Source of the DNA: Chloroflexota bacterium
GTDB taxonomy: Bacteria > Chloroflexota > Anaerolineae > JAAYEA01
Length of the DNA stretch: 64,000 bases
Reading direction: 5' to 3'
Assembly: GCA_036841525.1 (NCBI GenBank)
Contig: DAITVZ010000001.1
Coordinates: forward strand, 67,353-131,352
A model generated the notes under the pieces. The model had not been told where the DNA came from. It made no database searches and saw only the letters and a list, made by a program, of their open reading frames with translations. Position numbers and translations under genes: made by a program. Positions 26,184 to 35,102 of this stretch are shown piece after piece. The stretch's first letter is position 1. The number at the start of each line of letters is the position of its first letter.

Positions 26184-26211
26184 TTGCCTCGCCGCCCCGA
26201 GCGTGTATAAT
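26184..26211 (+). promoter_or_regulatory. Putative promoter (TTGCCT-16-TATAAT) for the PL22-like gene
   Basis: The sequence reads ttgcctcgccgccccgagcgtgTATAATgccc and lies about 60 nt upstream of ATG 26272. Confidence 0.4.
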
Positions 26212-26271
26212 GCCCCCATCCCGGCCTCGCGATGACCAAGCGCCCGGCGCTCCAGAGAAGGAGAGACGCAG

Positions 26272-27375
26272 ATGATGGATTGGACCAGTTCCGGACTTTT
26301 CCAGCCCTGGACCGACCCGCAGAGCGGCATCACGTTCCAGATACTGTCCAAAGAGATCGCCCCGCTGCAAAAGGGGTTCTATTTCGTCAACGACTGCATG
26401 AGCGCCGACGGGCGCTATCTGTGGTTCTGCTGCGCCTATCCGCCGTCGCTCGTCAAGACGCTGGCCGTGATCGACCTGGAAACCTGGGAGGTGCATCATT
26501 TCCCGGACACCCAGTTTTCCGGGGAGTCGCCCTTCGTCGCGCCGGAGAACGGCCATGTCTATTGGTGCGTGGGCGATAGCATCTGGACGCGGCCCCCGGA
26601 CCCCCAGGCGCCGGCGACCCTGGTGAACAGCGTGCCGTCGGAGCTGATCGGCGGCCGCCCTGTGCATCGGCTGGCAACGCACCTGACCCGCTCGGCGGAC
26701 AAGGCCGAGTTTTTCGTCGATGCGGGCATCGGCCTGGGGCACATCTTTGGGACCCTGCCCATCGACGGGAGCCCCTTTGTCCACTGGCACCGCTTCGACC
26801 GCACCCACAACCACGCCCAAATGAGCCCCACCGACCCGGACGTGACCCTCTTTGCGGAGGAGATCCACCGCGATCCGATCACGGGCCTCACCTTTCCCAT
26901 CACCAACCGGCTGTGGGTCATCCGCCGTGGCGAGGCGCCTCGCCCGATCCTGCGCGAGCCGCGCTGGGTCTCCCACGAATGGTGGGATGACGATGGCGAG
27001 CATGCCTGGTGCGTGTGGGGAAACGAGACCTGGCGCGTCCACGTCGCCACGGGCGAGGTCGAGGTGATCGGCTTTCCGCACCATTGCTGGCATTCCCATT
27101 GCAGCCATGATGGGCGGCTGATCATCGGCGATTCGAACACCAAGTTCTATCGCGGCTGCCGCTCCGGCGTCCACTTCCTGAACCGCGATACGGGGCGGCT
27201 CCTGGACATCGTCTATAACCCCGAGATGCACAACTATGCGGGGCGCAACTATCATATCGACCCGCACCCGCGCTTTTGCAGCCAGGACCGCTATGTCGTT
27301 TTCACCACGACGGTCCGGAACAAGGTCGATCTGGCGGTCATGGAGACTAGCACCCTTCTGGAGCTGACCTCCTAG
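26272..27375 (+). CDS. Oligogalacturonate lyase-like (PL22-like) beta-propeller protein
   Basis: The C-terminal signature HIDPHPRFCSQDRYVVFTTTVRNKVDLAVMETSTLLE resembles the PL22 C-terminus. It is Trp/His-rich. GAAGGAGAGA RBS. Confidence 0.5.
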   Translation: MMDWTSSGLFQPWTDPQSGITFQILSKEIAPLQKGFYFVNDCMSADGRYLWFCCAYPPSLVKTLAVIDLETWEVHHFPDTQFSGESPFVAPENGHVYWCVGDSIWTRPPDPQAPATLVNSVPSELIGGRPVHRLATHLTRSADKAEFFVDAGIGLGHIFGTLPIDGSPFVHWHRFDRTHNHAQMSPTDPDVTLFAEEIHRDPITGLTFPITNRLWVIRRGEAPRPILREPRWVSHEWWDDDGEHAWCVWGNETWRVHVATGEVEVIGFPHHCWHSHCSHDGRLIIGDSNTKFYRGCRSGVHFLNRDTGRLLDIVYNPEMHNYAGRNYHIDPHPRFCSQDRYVVFTTTVRNKVDLAVMETSTLLELTS

Positions 27376-27451
27376 CTGGCCGACAAGCCTGGAGCAGGAG
27401 GCGGCCGTTGGGCGCACTTGCTCCGCAAACAAACCCTTACGGAGAGGCACG

Positions 27452-28708
27452 ATGACGGACAAAGAGAGGGCTCGCCTTAGGAACCTGGCGTGCAGGTACG
27501 CGGAATACGCCTGCGGGGAGCCGATGGCCCAGCGCCGGGAAAAGTGGCGGCTCCACAATCGCCTGCAGGAAAAGACCATCCCGTTTCACATCGAAGATAA
27601 TGGCGCCTTCTTCCAGGATGTGACTCCGCCGCTCGAGTGTGAGACGGAGGAGGCCAAGGCCCTGGAGGCCCGGCTCTTGCACGCCTTGGTCGCCTACGAG
27701 TTGATCGATGACGACCGGATCATCCCCGATCGCTTTGTGGTCGATTGGTACACGCCGCTGACCAGCATCTGCGACGAGCTCCAGATCACCCGCGCGGATA
27801 ACGGCCGCGGCAGCACGCTGGGCTACCGAACCAGCCGGCCCATCCACGATATCGACGCTGATTGGGGCAAGCTGAAGCATCGGACGATCTCCCTGGATCG
27901 GCACAAGACCGAGCGCATGGCGCAGGTGGCTCAAGAGGCCTTCGCGGGGTTGCTGCCGGTGGTGGTTGGCCGCCCCAGTTCGCTCTACTCCGACGGCATC
28001 ACCAACAAGGCGGTGCACCTCATGGGCATGCAGGAGCTCTACCTGCAGATGGCCATGAACCCCGACGCCGTGCATCGGCTCTTTGCTTTCCTGGCGGAGG
28101 ACAACCTGGCCCTGGGGCGGTGGGAGGAGGACCAGGGCCTGCTGACGCTGAACCATGACGGCAACCAGGGGTATTGCTCGGGCAGCTCACTCTTTTCCGA
28201 CGAGACGACGGCTCCGGCGGGGAGCCGCGTGGCGTCCACCGACCGCTACGGCTACCTGGAGTCGCAAGAGTCCGCGGGCATCTCGGCCGCCATGTTCGAC
28301 GAGTTTCTGATGCCCCACCTGACCCGCCTTGCGGCCAAGTTCAGGCTGCTCAAGTGGGGCTGCTGCGAGCCGGTGCACAACTTGATGCCCGTCCTCCAGC
28401 GGCTGCCTGGCCTGCGCAAGGTGAGCGTCACGCCGTGGTGCGATCAGCACAAGCTCACCGAGACCTGCCGCCAGGATGTGATCTGGTGCCGCAAGCCGGT
28501 CCCCCTGAAGCTCTGCGGCCAGCCCTTCGACCTCGATCACCTGCGGAGCCACCTGCAAGAGACCCTCGATATCGGGCGGGAGTATTTCATCGAGTTCGTC
28601 TTCCGGGATACCAATATGCTGAACGGGAGCATGACGGATCGGCTCGCGCAGACCTGCGACATGATCCGCGACCTGACCGGCCACCCGGAGGGCCACCGGC
28701 CCTTGTGA
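27452..28708 (+). CDS. Hypothetical protein, possibly of the URO-D / MtaA-like (beta/alpha)8 superfamily
   Basis: 418 aa. It has weak family resemblance to the next gene. The assignment is low-confidence. Confidence 0.4.
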   Translation: MTDKERARLRNLACRYAEYACGEPMAQRREKWRLHNRLQEKTIPFHIEDNGAFFQDVTPPLECETEEAKALEARLLHALVAYELIDDDRIIPDRFVVDWYTPLTSICDELQITRADNGRGSTLGYRTSRPIHDIDADWGKLKHRTISLDRHKTERMAQVAQEAFAGLLPVVVGRPSSLYSDGITNKAVHLMGMQELYLQMAMNPDAVHRLFAFLAEDNLALGRWEEDQGLLTLNHDGNQGYCSGSSLFSDETTAPAGSRVASTDRYGYLESQESAGISAAMFDEFLMPHLTRLAAKFRLLKWGCCEPVHNLMPVLQRLPGLRKVSVTPWCDQHKLTETCRQDVIWCRKPVPLKLCGQPFDLDHLRSHLQETLDIGREYFIEFVFRDTNMLNGSMTDRLAQTCDMIRDLTGHPEGHRPL

Positions 28709-28848
28709 CGGCATGGCGCGCGCCGTCGCCTGGACGGGCGCCCCCTGCTTGCCTCGCATTTGACAGATCGCCCCCCCGAGGCGTATAGTGGTCCGGCTGC
28801 CGGCGGCAACGCCGGCAGCATCTCTATGACTTATTCGGGAGGAGCGAG

Positions 28849-29910
28849 ATGGAGTTAGAGTTCAAGCGGGATTTCGAGCAGGCGCAGGCGCAATGGGAAG
28901 GCTTTTGGCGCGGGGAAAACCGGCGCCCCATGGTCTCGGCGGTGATCCCCAAGCCGGGCGTGGAGCCGGTGGACAAGCCCGAGTACACCGCTGGGCGCGA
29001 TGGCAACTATGGCCCGGTGGTGGACCAGTTGCTCCGCTATGGCGAAACCCACGAGTTCATCGGCGAGGCGATCCCCTTCTTTTACCTCGAGTTCGCCGCC
29101 GACCATTTCGCCGGCCTCTTGGGCGCCAAGCTCCATTTCCGCGAGGATGGCCACGGCTACGGTTGGGCCGAGCCCTTTGTGCGCGATTGGGATGAGCAAG
29201 AGCTCCGTTTCCAGCCCAACGGTGAGTGGTGGCAGCGCACCGTCGAGTTCGCCCAGGCGCTGCGGGCGGGCTGCGATGGCAAGCTGATGATCGCCGCGCC
29301 CACCCTGGTGGCGAGCCTTGACGCCCTCTCCGCTATCCGCGGCGCGCAGAACCTGCTCATGGACTTGGTGACCCAGCCGGACAAGGTGCATCGCGCCCTG
29401 GCGCAGGTCACCCGCGCCCATGGCGAGATCCTGGATGCGCTCAGCGAACTGCTGGACTTTCCCACCTATGGCAGCATCAACCGGCACGGCATGTACACCA
29501 AGGGCCGCATCGCTATTCCGCAATGTGATTTCTCCTGCATGATCTCCCCGGCGATGTACCGCGAGTTCGAGGTCCCTTACCTGCGGCAAGAGATGGCGCG
29601 CCTGGACGCCGCCGAGTACCACCTGGACGGCCCCGGCGCGATCAAGCATCTCCCCGCGCTGTGCGAGATCGAGGAGCTGGATATCGTCCAGTGGGTCCCG
29701 GGCTCGGGCTTTGGCGAGGCGCAGGATTGGACCTGGCTCTATGACCGCATCGACCAGCTCGGCAAGGGGCAGATTCGCGGCGCTGATGCGGATGGTGCGG
29801 TGGAACTGTGGCGGCGATACCAGTCCAAGAAGTTGGTCCTCGGCGTGCGCGTGGCCTCTCGCGCCGAGGCGGAGGCCCTGATGGCCCGGCTGGTGGCGGT
29901 CGGCAAGTAG
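28849..29910 (+). CDS. Hypothetical protein, URO-D-like superfamily candidate (distant paralog of the preceding gene)
   Basis: 353 aa, with a GGGAGGAG RBS. Motifs IPQCDFSCMISP and DIVQWVPGSG are present. Confidence 0.4.
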   Translation: MELEFKRDFEQAQAQWEGFWRGENRRPMVSAVIPKPGVEPVDKPEYTAGRDGNYGPVVDQLLRYGETHEFIGEAIPFFYLEFAADHFAGLLGAKLHFREDGHGYGWAEPFVRDWDEQELRFQPNGEWWQRTVEFAQALRAGCDGKLMIAAPTLVASLDALSAIRGAQNLLMDLVTQPDKVHRALAQVTRAHGEILDALSELLDFPTYGSINRHGMYTKGRIAIPQCDFSCMISPAMYREFEVPYLRQEMARLDAAEYHLDGPGAIKHLPALCEIEELDIVQWVPGSGFGEAQDWTWLYDRIDQLGKGQIRGADADGAVELWRRYQSKKLVLGVRVASRAEAEALMARLVAVGK

Positions 29911-30068
29911 GCCGTCAGGTCGGGCGGTAGCGGACTCGCTCGGAGCCGCACCTTTGTCTGCCTGGACGAGGTCACCGTGGGCTCGTGGCGCGCGCCGGCG
30001 CTGGAGCGGGTCGCTTTGCCCCTGCTGCGGAAATAGTCGGGGGCTAGACCGCGAAAGGAGTTGCCCAC

Positions 30069-30686
30069 ATGCACCCATTGCTCCTGGACATCCCCGAGCA
30101 CTTCGAGACGGAGCGCCTCCTCTTGCGCCGCTATCGGGCCGGCGATGGCGCCTGGTACGCGGCGATGAGCCAGCGCAACAAGACGCACCTGGCGCGCTAC
30201 GAGTCCGGCAATCCGGTGATAGGGATCCACACCGAGGAGGAGGCGGAGGTGGTGGTGCGCGGCTTGGCCGCCGCCTGGGCCGCGCGCAGCGCCTTCTTCC
30301 TGGGGGCGTTCCGCAAGGACACGGGGGCCTTTGCCGCCCAGATCTATATCGGGGTGGTCAATTGGGACCTGCGCGAGCTCGAGCTGGGCTACTTTGCCGA
30401 CGCCGCACAGGAGGGCCGCGGATACGTCACCGAGGCGGCGCTGGCGGCGCTGGATTTCGCCTTCCGGCATCTGGGAGCGCATCGCGTGCGGCTGGAATGC
30501 GACGACACGAACGCGCGGAGCCGCCGCGTCGCCGAGCGCTGCGGGATGATCCAGGAAGGACATATCCGCGAGAACCTGAAGCACGCCGACGGCAGCCTGA
30601 GCGGGACGCTGCACTATGGCATGCTGAGAAGAGAGTGGGACTGGCCCTTCCTTGGCCCGGAAGCTGAGGAGGAAAGGCCGCGCTGA
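30069..30686 (+). CDS. GNAT family N-acetyltransferase (RimJ/RimL-like)
   Basis: Motifs LELGYFADAAQEGRGYVTEAALAALDFAF and HRVRLECDDTNARSRRVAERCGM. AAAGGAG RBS. Confidence 0.65.
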   Translation: MHPLLLDIPEHFETERLLLRRYRAGDGAWYAAMSQRNKTHLARYESGNPVIGIHTEEEAEVVVRGLAAAWAARSAFFLGAFRKDTGAFAAQIYIGVVNWDLRELELGYFADAAQEGRGYVTEAALAALDFAFRHLGAHRVRLECDDTNARSRRVAERCGMIQEGHIRENLKHADGSLSGTLHYGMLRREWDWPFLGPEAEEERPR

Positions 30687-30727
30687 AACATATCGGCGGG
30701 CTCCTGAACACACAGAAAGGATAGGCA

Positions 30728-32686
30728 GTGGCTTTCGATCATCGCGAGCCGTACGTGACGGACGTCGAGGACTATAATGGGCCGCTGGATCGGGTCAGCC
30801 CATACCATTATTACATGTTCACCTACTGGCGGCTGCGCGGCCACTGGCGCAACGTGCTCTATGCCTGGACCCGCCGCCCGCCCTGCGACGCGACGGCGGC
30901 CATCGCGCCGGCCATCGCCGTGGCCGACGTGCCGACCACGCTGACGATCACCGTCACCATCGGCGAGACGCCGCTGGGCGCGGGCGGCCGCGTCGCCGTC
31001 TATTGCCAGAAGGACTATGGCGGCACGGCCAACCACAATGTCGGGCGGCTTTTCCAGGGGCCCGATGGGCAGGCCGGCTACGGCGCGCGCATCACCGCCT
31101 CCGCCTCGCGCCCCGAGGTGGGGCTGCGCGTTCGCGTCCACTGCTGCGGCGCGGTGTTCACCTGCGCCGAGGTGTTCGTCGAGTCGGGCGAGCTTGGCCT
31201 GGGGGACACCCTGTCCATCGTCCTGGGCGACCCCTCCTGCAAGCCGCCGGTCGTCTGCGAGAAGGCCAAGACGCTGCCCTTCCGCGTCGGCATCGACTAT
31301 CGTGGCGACGGCGAGTTTCGGCCCATCGCCGATACCCCGACGGTGCGGGTGGTGGGAGGCCGGGCGGCCTACCTGCGCTGTTTTGCCCCGGCGACGCCTG
31401 CGCCCGGCGAGCCGATCGCCGTGCGCGTGGTGGCGGCCGACCTGGCCAATCACAACCCCGCCTACCAGCACCACGGGCGGCTCCGTCTGAGCGTGGTGGG
31501 CGAAGCGGCCAGCCAGGACCGTATCGTCGAGATGCCGGAAGAGGCGCACGGCGCCATGCTGGTGCAGGGCCTCGCGGCGCCGCGATCCGGCGTCACGCGC
31601 ATCCGCGTGATCGACGAAAGGAACGGTCTGATGGGCCAGACCAACCCCATCTGCCCCGAGATGGCGCCGCCGGGGCTGCGCGTCTATTACGGCGAGATCC
31701 ACAGCCACACCGAGCTTTCCGACGGGACGGGCTCCTGTGACGACAACTATACCTGGGCGCGGGACGTGGAGGGGCTCGACTTTGCCGCGCTCGCCGATCA
31801 CTTTGAGGACGGGCAGTCGTACAACTATGTCCTGGCGGACAAGTGGCGGCTGACGCAGGAGGCGACCGAGCGCTTCCATGCGCCAGGCCGCTTTGTCACC
31901 CTCCTGGGCTACGAGATCGGCACCCTGGAGGCGCACCGCAACGTCTATTTCCGCGACGGCGTGGGGCGCATGATCGTGGAGGGGCCCGAGGGCGAGCGGG
32001 TGACCATGGACAACGTCTATGACAAGCTGGAAGGCGCCGAGTACATCCTGATCCCCCACGCCCCCAAGTATCATGGGATCAACTGGCGCCGCCCGCACCG
32101 GCCCGACCGCCAGCGCCTGGTGGAGATCTGCTCGAGCTGGGGGATCTCGGAGGAGGGCGGGGAGGGCCGCTACCAGTCGGTCCGCCATGCCCTCGAGATG
32201 GGATACCGTTTCGGCTTTACCGGGGGGACCGATAATCACAGCGCCGAGCCCGGCAACCCGGACTTGGGGGGGATCACGGGGGTCTTGGCCCCGGCCCTGA
32301 CCCGCGAGGCGCTGTTCGACGCCTTGCTGGCGCGCCATACCTTTGCCACCAGCGGGCCCCGGATGACCCTCCGTTTCGAGGGGCACGGGGCCATCATGGG
32401 CGACGAGCTGGTCCTGCCTGGCGACGCCCATCCGCGCTTTCGCGCGCGCGCGCTGGCCGGCGAGGCCATCGCCCGGCTGGAGCTGATCGGCAACGGCCAG
32501 GTGGTGCATGCGGTCAGCCCGGAGGACACGGACGACGCGACGCTCGAGTGGGAGGATGAGCGGACCGTGGCCGAAGTGGCCGCGCCGCGCGAGCTGGGGG
32601 CGCCTTCGGCCTACTATTATCTGCGCGTGACCACGGTCAATGGCGCATACGGTTGGTCCAGCCCGATCTGGGTGAGCCAGGCATGA
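30728..32686 (+). CDS. DUF3604 family protein (PHP-like metal-binding motif)
   Basis: GTG start after GAAAGGATAGG. The motif YYGEIHSHTELSDGTG is present and the C-terminal beta-rich domain is typical of DUF3604. Confidence 0.55.
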   Translation: MAFDHREPYVTDVEDYNGPLDRVSPYHYYMFTYWRLRGHWRNVLYAWTRRPPCDATAAIAPAIAVADVPTTLTITVTIGETPLGAGGRVAVYCQKDYGGTANHNVGRLFQGPDGQAGYGARITASASRPEVGLRVRVHCCGAVFTCAEVFVESGELGLGDTLSIVLGDPSCKPPVVCEKAKTLPFRVGIDYRGDGEFRPIADTPTVRVVGGRAAYLRCFAPATPAPGEPIAVRVVAADLANHNPAYQHHGRLRLSVVGEAASQDRIVEMPEEAHGAMLVQGLAAPRSGVTRIRVIDERNGLMGQTNPICPEMAPPGLRVYYGEIHSHTELSDGTGSCDDNYTWARDVEGLDFAALADHFEDGQSYNYVLADKWRLTQEATERFHAPGRFVTLLGYEIGTLEAHRNVYFRDGVGRMIVEGPEGERVTMDNVYDKLEGAEYILIPHAPKYHGINWRRPHRPDRQRLVEICSSWGISEEGGEGRYQSVRHALEMGYRFGFTGGTDNHSAEPGNPDLGGITGVLAPALTREALFDALLARHTFATSGPRMTLRFEGHGAIMGDELVLPGDAHPRFRARALAGEAIARLELIGNGQVVHAVSPEDTDDATLEWEDERTVAEVAAPRELGAPSAYYYLRVTTVNGAYGWSSPIWVSQA

Positions 32687-32835
32687 GGCGGGGGGCTGGC
32701 GATCCATCAGCGCCAGGCCGACGCCTTCCGGGACGCGGGCTGCCTCGCCCAGCCGGTCGCGGGCGGCGGCATCTTGCCCGATCATGACCGTCCAGAAAAC
32801 CTTGTCGATTTCCATAATACGTTAGGGGGCTTGCC

Positions 32836-34047
32836 ATGATCTCTGTTCGCGATTTCGGAGCGGTGGGCGATGGCAGCGGCGCGGACGACGCGCCGGCGCT
32901 TCAGCGGGCGCTGGATGCAGCCGCAGGAGGCGCGCGCGAGGTGGTTGTGCCCGCCGGGAGCTATACCATCAAGCGAACGCTGCTCGTCGGGTCGGGGACG
33001 ATCCTGCGCCTGGCTGCGGACGCTCTCATCCGGCTGGCGGACGAGGCCGGGCCGCGCGGGGGCGCCGGCTGCTTTCTGCTCACCAACCGCGACCACGGCT
33101 CCGGCAACCAGGACATCACCGTGGAAGGCGGCATCTGGGATGGCAACAACCCCGGCAACCCGCGCGGGCCCGATGGCCCCCGGGATAGCTATACCGGCGT
33201 GGCCATCAATTTCGTCCACGTGCACGGGCTGCGCCTGCGCGGGCTGACCGTGCGCGACCCCGAGTCCTTTTTCATCCGCGTGGGCGAGGCGCGCGATTTC
33301 GTCATTGAGGACATCACCCTGGAGGCCCCGCACCTGCGGCCCAACCAGGACGGCATCCACGTCGGCGGTTTCAGCGAGGATGGGCTTATCCGCCGGATCG
33401 TGGGGGTGGGCCCTGGCTGCCCGAACGACGACATGGTCGCCCTCAACGCCAATGACGACGTCACCCGCGCCGTCAACCTGGGCATGAAGGAGGGGCCGAT
33501 CCGCCGGATGCAGGTCGAGGAGATCGCCGCCGAGGACGCCTACACCTTTGTGCGCCTGCTCAGCCAGGACGCGCCCATCGAGGATGTGCGCATCCGTGGA
33601 ATCCGCGGCGGCTGCCGTTATCATGCCCTGAACCTCAACCGCTGGCGCTTTCCGCCCGGCAAGGGGCGCATCGCTCGCGCCCTGATCGAGGATGTGGAGG
33701 TCGGGCGGCGGCCCTCGCCCTGCCGCGACGCGCTGATCCACGTGACCCTGAGCGTGCAAGACCTGGAAATTCGCGACGTCCGCCGCCCGCAGGACGGCCT
33801 CCCCGAGATCGCGAGCCTGGACCTGAACAACGGGACCGCAGCCCAGGCGCTGCTGGAGGGGCTGGGCGCGGCCCAGCGCCAGGCCCTGGAGGGCGCCTCG
33901 ACGGCGGCCCTGGCCTGGACGGCGGGGAGCTCGCTGGACGACCAGGCGGTGCGGGCGACCGTGGCGCCGGGAGCCAGGCTGCGCTTGCCCTCGGGCGGTT
34001 TTGGGCGGCTGCGCATCCGCTCCGGCGCGGAGGCGCGCCTCTGGTAG
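32836..34047 (+). CDS. Glycoside hydrolase family 28 / pectate-lyase-fold (right-handed beta-helix) protein
   Basis: The N-terminal VRDFGAVGDGSGADDAPALQRALDAA is characteristic of GH28 / Pectate_lyase_3. NQDGIHVGG follows. Confidence 0.6.
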   Translation: MISVRDFGAVGDGSGADDAPALQRALDAAAGGAREVVVPAGSYTIKRTLLVGSGTILRLAADALIRLADEAGPRGGAGCFLLTNRDHGSGNQDITVEGGIWDGNNPGNPRGPDGPRDSYTGVAINFVHVHGLRLRGLTVRDPESFFIRVGEARDFVIEDITLEAPHLRPNQDGIHVGGFSEDGLIRRIVGVGPGCPNDDMVALNANDDVTRAVNLGMKEGPIRRMQVEEIAAEDAYTFVRLLSQDAPIEDVRIRGIRGGCRYHALNLNRWRFPPGKGRIARALIEDVEVGRRPSPCRDALIHVTLSVQDLEIRDVRRPQDGLPEIASLDLNNGTAAQALLEGLGAAQRQALEGASTAALAWTAGSSLDDQAVRATVAPGARLRLPSGGFGRLRIRSGAEARLW

Positions 34048-34222
34048 GCCGCGCAGCGCCGCGACGGGCTTGCGGTTGATCGCCAAGGGGCGGTTTGACA
34101 AACGCGGGTTTATGGATATTCTTAGGGGGTCCTCTGGGGACGATCCTCTGCGTGACTGAGCCAGTCGGCCCATCCCTATCCCTGCCCGGGCTCTTGGTCT
34201 GCAGATACTGAAAAGGTGCGGA

Positions 34223-34933
34223 GTGTCCAAGAGACCGCTGCAGGAGTGGTTGCCTGGCGTTCGGGGAAAGCTGATCGTTTCCTGCCAGGCGCTGGAAGGC
34301 GAGCCGTTGCATGGCTCCGAGATCATGGCACGCATGGCCCGGGCCGCCGAACTGGGCGGCGCGGTCGCGATTCGCGCCAATTCCCCCGACGATATCCGCG
34401 CCATTCGCGCGGCGGTGGCCCTGCCGATCTTTGGCCTCTATAAAGACCGCCTCCCCGGCTTTGACCGCTACATCACTCCTACGGTGGAGCATGCCCGCCA
34501 GATCGCCGAGGCCGGCGCTGACGTGATCGCTGTGGACGCGACCGCGCGACCGCATCCCGAGGGGCTGACCCTCGCGGCGTTTATCCGCGAGATTCACCGG
34601 GCGACCGGCTGCCCTATCCTGGCCGACATCTCGACCCTGGACGAGGCCCTTGCGGCCGAGGCTGCCGGGGCCGACCTGGTCTCGACCACGCTATCGGGCT
34701 ATACGCCCTATAGCCCCGCGCTCGAGGGCCCGGACCTGGACCTGGTCGAGGCCGCCGCCTCGCGGCTGGGCGTGCCGCTGCTGGCGGAGGGGCGCTACCA
34801 CTATCCGGAGCAAGCGGCGGAGGCGCTGCGCCGCGGCGCCTATGCTGTCATCGTTGGCGGAGCCATCACGCGCCCGCTCGAAATCACGGCGCGGTTCGCC
34901 GCGGCCATGTCGCGCGCGGGCCGGGCCGCCTGA
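34223..34933 (+). CDS. nanE: N-acylmannosamine-6-phosphate 2-epimerase
   Basis: GTG start. NanE motifs are present: [40 protein letters not shown] and [11 protein letters not shown]. Confidence 0.75.
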   Translation: MSKRPLQEWLPGVRGKLIVSCQALEGEPLHGSEIMARMARAAELGGAVAIRANSPDDIRAIRAAVALPIFGLYKDRLPGFDRYITPTVEHARQIAEAGADVIAVDATARPHPEGLTLAAFIREIHRATGCPILADISTLDEALAAEAAGADLVSTTLSGYTPYSPALEGPDLDLVEAAASRLGVPLLAEGRYHYPEQAAEALRRGAYAVIVGGAITRPLEITARFAAAMSRAGRAA

Positions 34934-34960
34934 CCGACGGCTGCGATGGATTTGCCATTT

Positions 34961-34991
34961 ATCCGCAAGCCATGTAGCATGTATCCGCAAG
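34961..34991 (+). promoter_or_regulatory. Direct repeat ATCCGCAAG x2 (13-nt spacing) upstream of the second solute-binding protein operon; putative operator
   Basis: Copies at 34961-34969 and 34983-34991, about 110 nt upstream of ATG 35103. Confidence 0.3.
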
Positions 34992-35102
34992 TGCGTGGTC
35001 GCCCGATTCGGCAGGTGGGGCGCGGAGAGGGGGTGCAAGGTCAAACAAAAGCCTTGTTATCTCGTGATTTTGGACCGAATTTTCTAGGAGGAAAGGAACA
35101 AG

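Noticed and set aside
30614-32815. 733-aa minus-strand ORF antisense to the DUF3604 gene, and similar antisense ORFs (35121-37199 -, 43686-45470 -, 51912-53084 +, 53132-54499 +, 54560-55654 +, 55600-57262 +/-, 56782-58458 +)
   Set aside because: They are shadow ORFs with low-complexity composition. The opposite strand encodes well-recognised proteins (SBP, Fhs, GT4, Wzy_C, UXS).
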